A stretch of DNA of 59,944 nucleotides from a virus (Duplodnaviria > Caudoviricetes): the IMG/VR virus record IMGVR_UViG_3300005525_000005, positions 1 to 59,944 of that record; one strand, given 5' to 3'. Below the pieces are notes generated by a model, which saw nothing but the letters and a program-made list of their open reading frames with translations, was not told where the DNA came from and searched no databases. Position numbers and translations under genes: made by a program. Shown piece after piece: positions 56,644 to 59,944 of this stretch (within the stretch, counting starts at the first letter, position 1; the number at the start of each line of letters is the position of its first letter).

Positions 56644-57252
56644 TTATGTGTACGGCGGCGTAAAGCTCGGCGTACCAAACTTGTTGACCTGATAGTAGAA
56701 GTCGATGCCAACGAGGTAGGCACTTGCAGCAAAGGTGTCGGTGCCGCTGGCCCCGTCACGATACAGCCGAATCAGGAACCGCTGATTAGGTGCCGCCGCG
56801 CTGCCGGGGTACGGATCACTGACGGCTTGGATGTGCTTCCACGCAGAGGCGGTGCTGACTGCGCTGTCGATGTAAAACGTGCTGGTGTCGCCAAATGTGC
56901 CGTTCACCGCAGCAGTGGTGAACTCCAACCCCCACCGTACCGTGCCCGTGTTGGTGTTGGTTCCGGGGCTCCAGTGGATAGCGGCGTAGAGGTCTGTACC
57001 TGACGCCCAGTTGAACGGTACATCCCAGTTGACGTAGGTTTCCGACACCGAGCCGTCTACAAACTCATAGGCAATCGTGTTGCCCTTGAATGTCGCCAAC
57101 TCAGCAGGATTACCCACGCCTTCACGCAGCGTCGGCTCAAGACCGTCCATCATCCACGCAAGATCAGTCCTGCCAGCAAGGTCGGCAAAGTTGCCGTCGA
57201 GTTCCGCGTAAGTAAGCGCAGACCCCTTCGTGTTACGTAAAGTGATGGTCAT
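56644..57252 (-). CDS. Fibre/spike-associated protein
   Basis: TLRNTKGSALTYAELDGNF N-terminus; beta-rich body. Confidence 0.6.
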   Translation of the reverse strand: MTITLRNTKGSALTYAELDGNFADLAGRTDLAWMMDGLEPTLREGVGNPAELATFKGNTIAYEFVDGSVSETYVNWDVPFNWASGTDLYAAIHWSPGTNTNTGTVRWGLEFTTAAVNGTFGDTSTFYIDSAVSTASAWKHIQAVSDPYPGSAAAPNQRFLIRLYRDGASGTDTFAASAYLVGIDFYYQVNKFGTPSFTPPYT

Positions 57253-57263
57253 AAACCACCACC

Positions 57264-57647
57264 TTAAGCAGCATGCGTAATCGTGGCAGAAGTGATGGTG
57301 ACAGTTTGACCAGCAGTGATGGAAGTGCTGTCAAGGTTGATGTCGCTGCCGCTGGTGCCAACAGTGAGTCCAGTGACAATATCGACGTTGTTGCTGTCAC
57401 GAATACGCGCAGCAGCAGCAGTGCCGGTATTATCAGCAGATGTGTCAGAGCGCGGGAATCCGCTGAACGTCAACACACCACTCGCCGCAGCAGCAGCAGA
57501 CGGATCAGCCAGCGTAATCGTCGCCAGCACAGATGCCATGCCAGTAGTACCAATCTCAAGCTTACCAGCACCAGAGCCAGCATCAATCTGAGCAGTGACA
57601 GCATCCAAACGAGCATTCTTCACCGCAGTTGTGTAAGTGACAGCCAT
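57264..57647 (-). CDS. Structural protein
   Basis: TGTAAAARI.DS motif; A/T/S-rich. Confidence 0.65.
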   Translation of the reverse strand: MAVTYTTAVKNARLDAVTAQIDAGSGAGKLEIGTTGMASVLATITLADPSAAAAASGVLTFSGFPRSDTSADNTGTAAAARIRDSNNVDIVTGLTVGTSGSDINLDSTSITAGQTVTITSATITHAA

Positions 57648-57661
57648 ATTAAAACACCTCT

Positions 57662-58081
57662 TCAGTTAATGCGAACAATCGCATTCGTTCCGGTAGCAGC
57701 AGGAAACACCACCGTAAAATCACCACTGGTGGAAGTTTTGTCTCCACCGAAATCAATAGCAGCAATGGCTCTATTGCTCTTGCTGCTGTTATAAATTAGC
57801 GCACCTCTGGCAGTGATGGTGGCACTACCCCACGTTGTATCACTAAAGTCAACAATGGCAACACTGCCATCTAAAGAAATAACAGCACCACTCAACGTGT
57901 TACCACCAGCAGTGTATCCTGCACCAACCACTTCATTACTGGTGGTGTATGCTGTAGTGCTGGCACCCAATGTTGCAGCGCTGGTATAGAGCGCAAGCTT
58001 GATTACATCAGTATCTAAGTCGTGAATGCCACCAAGCAATTCTTGCTTAAAGCTATTGCAAACCGCTGATGTAATTGCCAT
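57662..58081 (-). CDS. Structural protein
   Basis: CNSFKQELL, KLALYT, GYTAGG, ARGALIYN, DFGGDK. Confidence 0.75.
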   Translation of the reverse strand: MAITSAVCNSFKQELLGGIHDLDTDVIKLALYTSAATLGASTTAYTTSNEVVGAGYTAGGNTLSGAVISLDGSVAIVDFSDTTWGSATITARGALIYNSSKSNRAIAAIDFGGDKTSTSGDFTVVFPAATGTNAIVRIN

Positions 58082-58092
58082 GATATTCCTAA

Positions 58093-58135
58093 AACAAAAA
58101 AAACAGAGACAGCAGCATAGCCACCGTCTCTGTTG
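58093..58135 (-). terminator. Terminator after capsid block
   Basis: ACAGAGACGGTGG-loop-CTGCTGTCTCTGT followed by a T run. Confidence 0.75.
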
Positions 58136-58145
58136 TCAACACAGC

Positions 58146-58553
58146 TTAAGCCAGAGTGTCGCGATCAACAGAACCGGGAGCAGCCCAATCCTTATTGACA
58201 TCAACAACAATAGCGAACACTCGACCAGCGATCACACCGGGAGAACCAGAGATGGTGGTCACAACGTCGATGGTGTCGTTAGCAGCAACTACACCAGCCG
58301 TAGTACCGATCTTGATGGTGTTAGCAGCGGTGTTGTCGAAGCTAATGTCGTTAGCAAACACGGTGGTGCCATCGGTGATGTCCATCGTATACGTGGTGAT
58401 ATCAGGCACCGTAGTGTAGTTTTGGAAACCGACAGCAAGCACCAGAGTGCCAGCGCCGACAGGGATGCCTACAGCGGTACCGGAAGTGGCGGCAAGCGAC
58501 ACATCCTTTTCCACAACATAGGCGCGATTACGAAGAGATTGAACAGCAGCCAT
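58146..58553 (-). CDS. Putative capsid decoration protein
   Basis: 135 aa beta-rich, DTIDV motif, cotranscribed with the capsid gene. Confidence 0.6.
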   Translation of the reverse strand: MAAVQSLRNRAYVVEKDVSLAATSGTAVGIPVGAGTLVLAVGFQNYTTVPDITTYTMDITDGTTVFANDISFDNTAANTIKIGTTAGVVAANDTIDVVTTISGSPGVIAGRVFAIVVDVNKDWAAPGSVDRDTLA

Positions 58554-58999
58554 TATTTTTCCTTTGAAGAGTTAATATATTCTATTGCCGATTGCAGAAG
58601 GTTAACATCGTCGTTTAAGTAGCCGATACCGAAATTACATTTGGCACAGAGAAGTCCACGAACTTTTTGAGTATCATGGCAGTGATCGATAAACAATTTT
58701 CCGCTTTCAATTCTTTCAGAATTTGGAGAATCGGATTTGCAAATCGCACACTTTCCTTCTTGTTCATCAAGCATCTCATAATATTGTTCAGCAGTAATCC
58801 CGTAGGTACGAACAATAAATGCTTTCCACTTGATATGTTCTCGACAAGGTTTGCATTGTGCCCGTAAGGAAACACCACCCCTTGCTTTTTCGTCTCGTTC
58901 TAATTGAAACTCAGATGCTAGCTTAAAAACACCACAGACATTACACTCTCTACCATCTTTATAAGGATGGTCTTCGCGTAGTATCAGTGGTGTCTTCAT
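58553..58999 (-). CDS. Endonuclease VII-like homing endonuclease
   Basis: YGIT, CAIC, IDHCH..KVRGLLC..CN; AT-rich. Confidence 0.88.
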   Translation of the reverse strand: MKTPLILREDHPYKDGRECNVCGVFKLASEFQLERDEKARGGVSLRAQCKPCREHIKWKAFIVRTYGITAEQYYEMLDEQEGKCAICKSDSPNSERIESGKLFIDHCHDTQKVRGLLCAKCNFGIGYLNDDVNLLQSAIEYINSSKEK

Positions 59000-59016
59000 T
59001 CTGCTATCTTACTACA

Positions 59017-59944
59017 TCAAGCGACGTTGTACTTTGCGCGCACGATGCCTTCTGCCCGAAGGATTTTTCGCCCGTAGACATGCATACCACGCACGATGTC
59101 AGCAAAGCTGTCAGGATCGCGATAGGTTTCAGTCTTGGTAATCGTCTCAGCCGTAGCAACGGCAGACTCATGACCAGCCACGATGATACCGTAGTTGTCG
59201 TTCTGGTTAGCCGTGCCAGCAGTGCCGGGGCCTGTGCCGATAGCCGGGAGGTTATTCGACACATACACCTTGAAGCCGTGCAGGCTAGACAGCACCAGCC
59301 CGTTCTGCAGACCAGAGCCACCGAAGTCGCTATTCAGCAGACGGCTGTCTTCGTCCTTCAGCATTTCCACGAAGATCGGGTCAACCACAAGGAAACGACC
59401 ATTGGTGTCAACGTTCTGTTGATCCAGCAGACGAGCCATGCGAGAGATGATCATCAGCGGAGACACGCGGTCAGTCGGCAGAGAAGACGTACCCGGCAGA
59501 CGCGGAGTCACAGGGATGGAATGCTCACCAGCAGACGCTGTCGTGATGCTTGCGAAAGAGCCCTTCTTCAGCTTCATCGAAGCCAGCAACTCATCGCTGT
59601 CAGCCGTAGCCACAGCAGCCGTACCAGAAGCGGTAGTGCGGGCAACGTTGGCATTGCCGTTCAGAGCAGCCTGTTGGAAGCCCGTCATGTAGCCCAGAAC
59701 GTCTTGGTCGTAGTTGTCCTTCAGACGATAGGCAGCACGATCAGACGCCAGCGACATCCAGCTAATGTGCGACTGAGAAGCTTCGATATCGTCAACCTTG
59801 AACGCGAAGTAAGCCGACTTATCGACCACCAGCGTGAAGTCGCTATCGTCAAGGTCTTGAGCCGTAACTTGAGTGCCACGGGCATAGTTCTTGACAGCGA
59901 TTTCAGGTTCCTTGATGATCTTCACCGAATCGCCCACATTGGCG
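59017..59944 (-). CDS. Major capsid protein, C-terminal part
   Basis: FAFKVDDIE, GFKVYVSNNLP, RDPDSFADIVRGMHVYG. Confidence 0.92.
   Translation of the reverse strand, partial: ANVGDSVKIIKEPEIAVKNYARGTQVTAQDLDDSDFTLVVDKSAYFAFKVDDIEASQSHISWMSLASDRAAYRLKDNYDQDVLGYMTGFQQAALNGNANVARTTASGTAAVATADSDELLASMKLKKGSFASITTASAGEHSIPVTPRLPGTSSLPTDRVSPLMIISRMARLLDQQNVDTNGRFLVVDPIFVEMLKDEDSRLLNSDFGGSGLQNGLVLSSLHGFKVYVSNNLPAIGTGPGTAGTANQNDNYGIIVAGHESAVATAETITKTETYRDPDSFADIVRGMHVYGRKILRAEGIVRAKYNVA
59825..59944. repeat. Terminal direct repeat, copy 2
   Basis: Identical to 1-120. Confidence 0.95.

Noticed and set aside
59825-59944. Biological terminal repeat
   Set aside because: Lies mid-capsid gene; better explained as assembly overlap
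1-59944. Stop-codon reassignment
   Set aside because: Core genes are full length under the standard code

Overview
Apparently complete, circularly permuted genome (about 59,824 bp) of a podovirus-type tailed phage. Bases 1-120 recur exactly at 59825-59944 and the major capsid gene runs across that junction. The + arm (13.6-35.7 kb) carries early genes in repeated promoter/RBS cassettes, an ADP-ribosylglycohydrolase, a tyrosine recombinase, T7-like primase-helicase/SSB/exonuclease, a family B (not family A) DNA polymerase, ThyX, MazG, class II RNR, PhoH and one tRNA-Thr. The - arm carries terminase, portal, scaffold, capsid, tail, lysis and ejection proteins. No RNA polymerase or repressor is recognisable; the layout resembles HMO-2011-type/Zobellviridae-like phages (inference, no search run). 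Best leads: (1) a hydrophobic-[A/N/Q]-x-GG tag on many virion proteins plus a candidate protease at the prohead-protease position; (2) an ADP-ribosyltransferase-like domain in an ejection protein paired with an early ADP-ribosylhydrolase; (3) promoter-driven structured non-coding RNAs and an rrn-type boxB-boxA antitermination leader; (4) modular early cassettes whose promoters all have 18-bp spacers; (5) a PolA-to-PolB swap. All family names come from motif recognition by eye.
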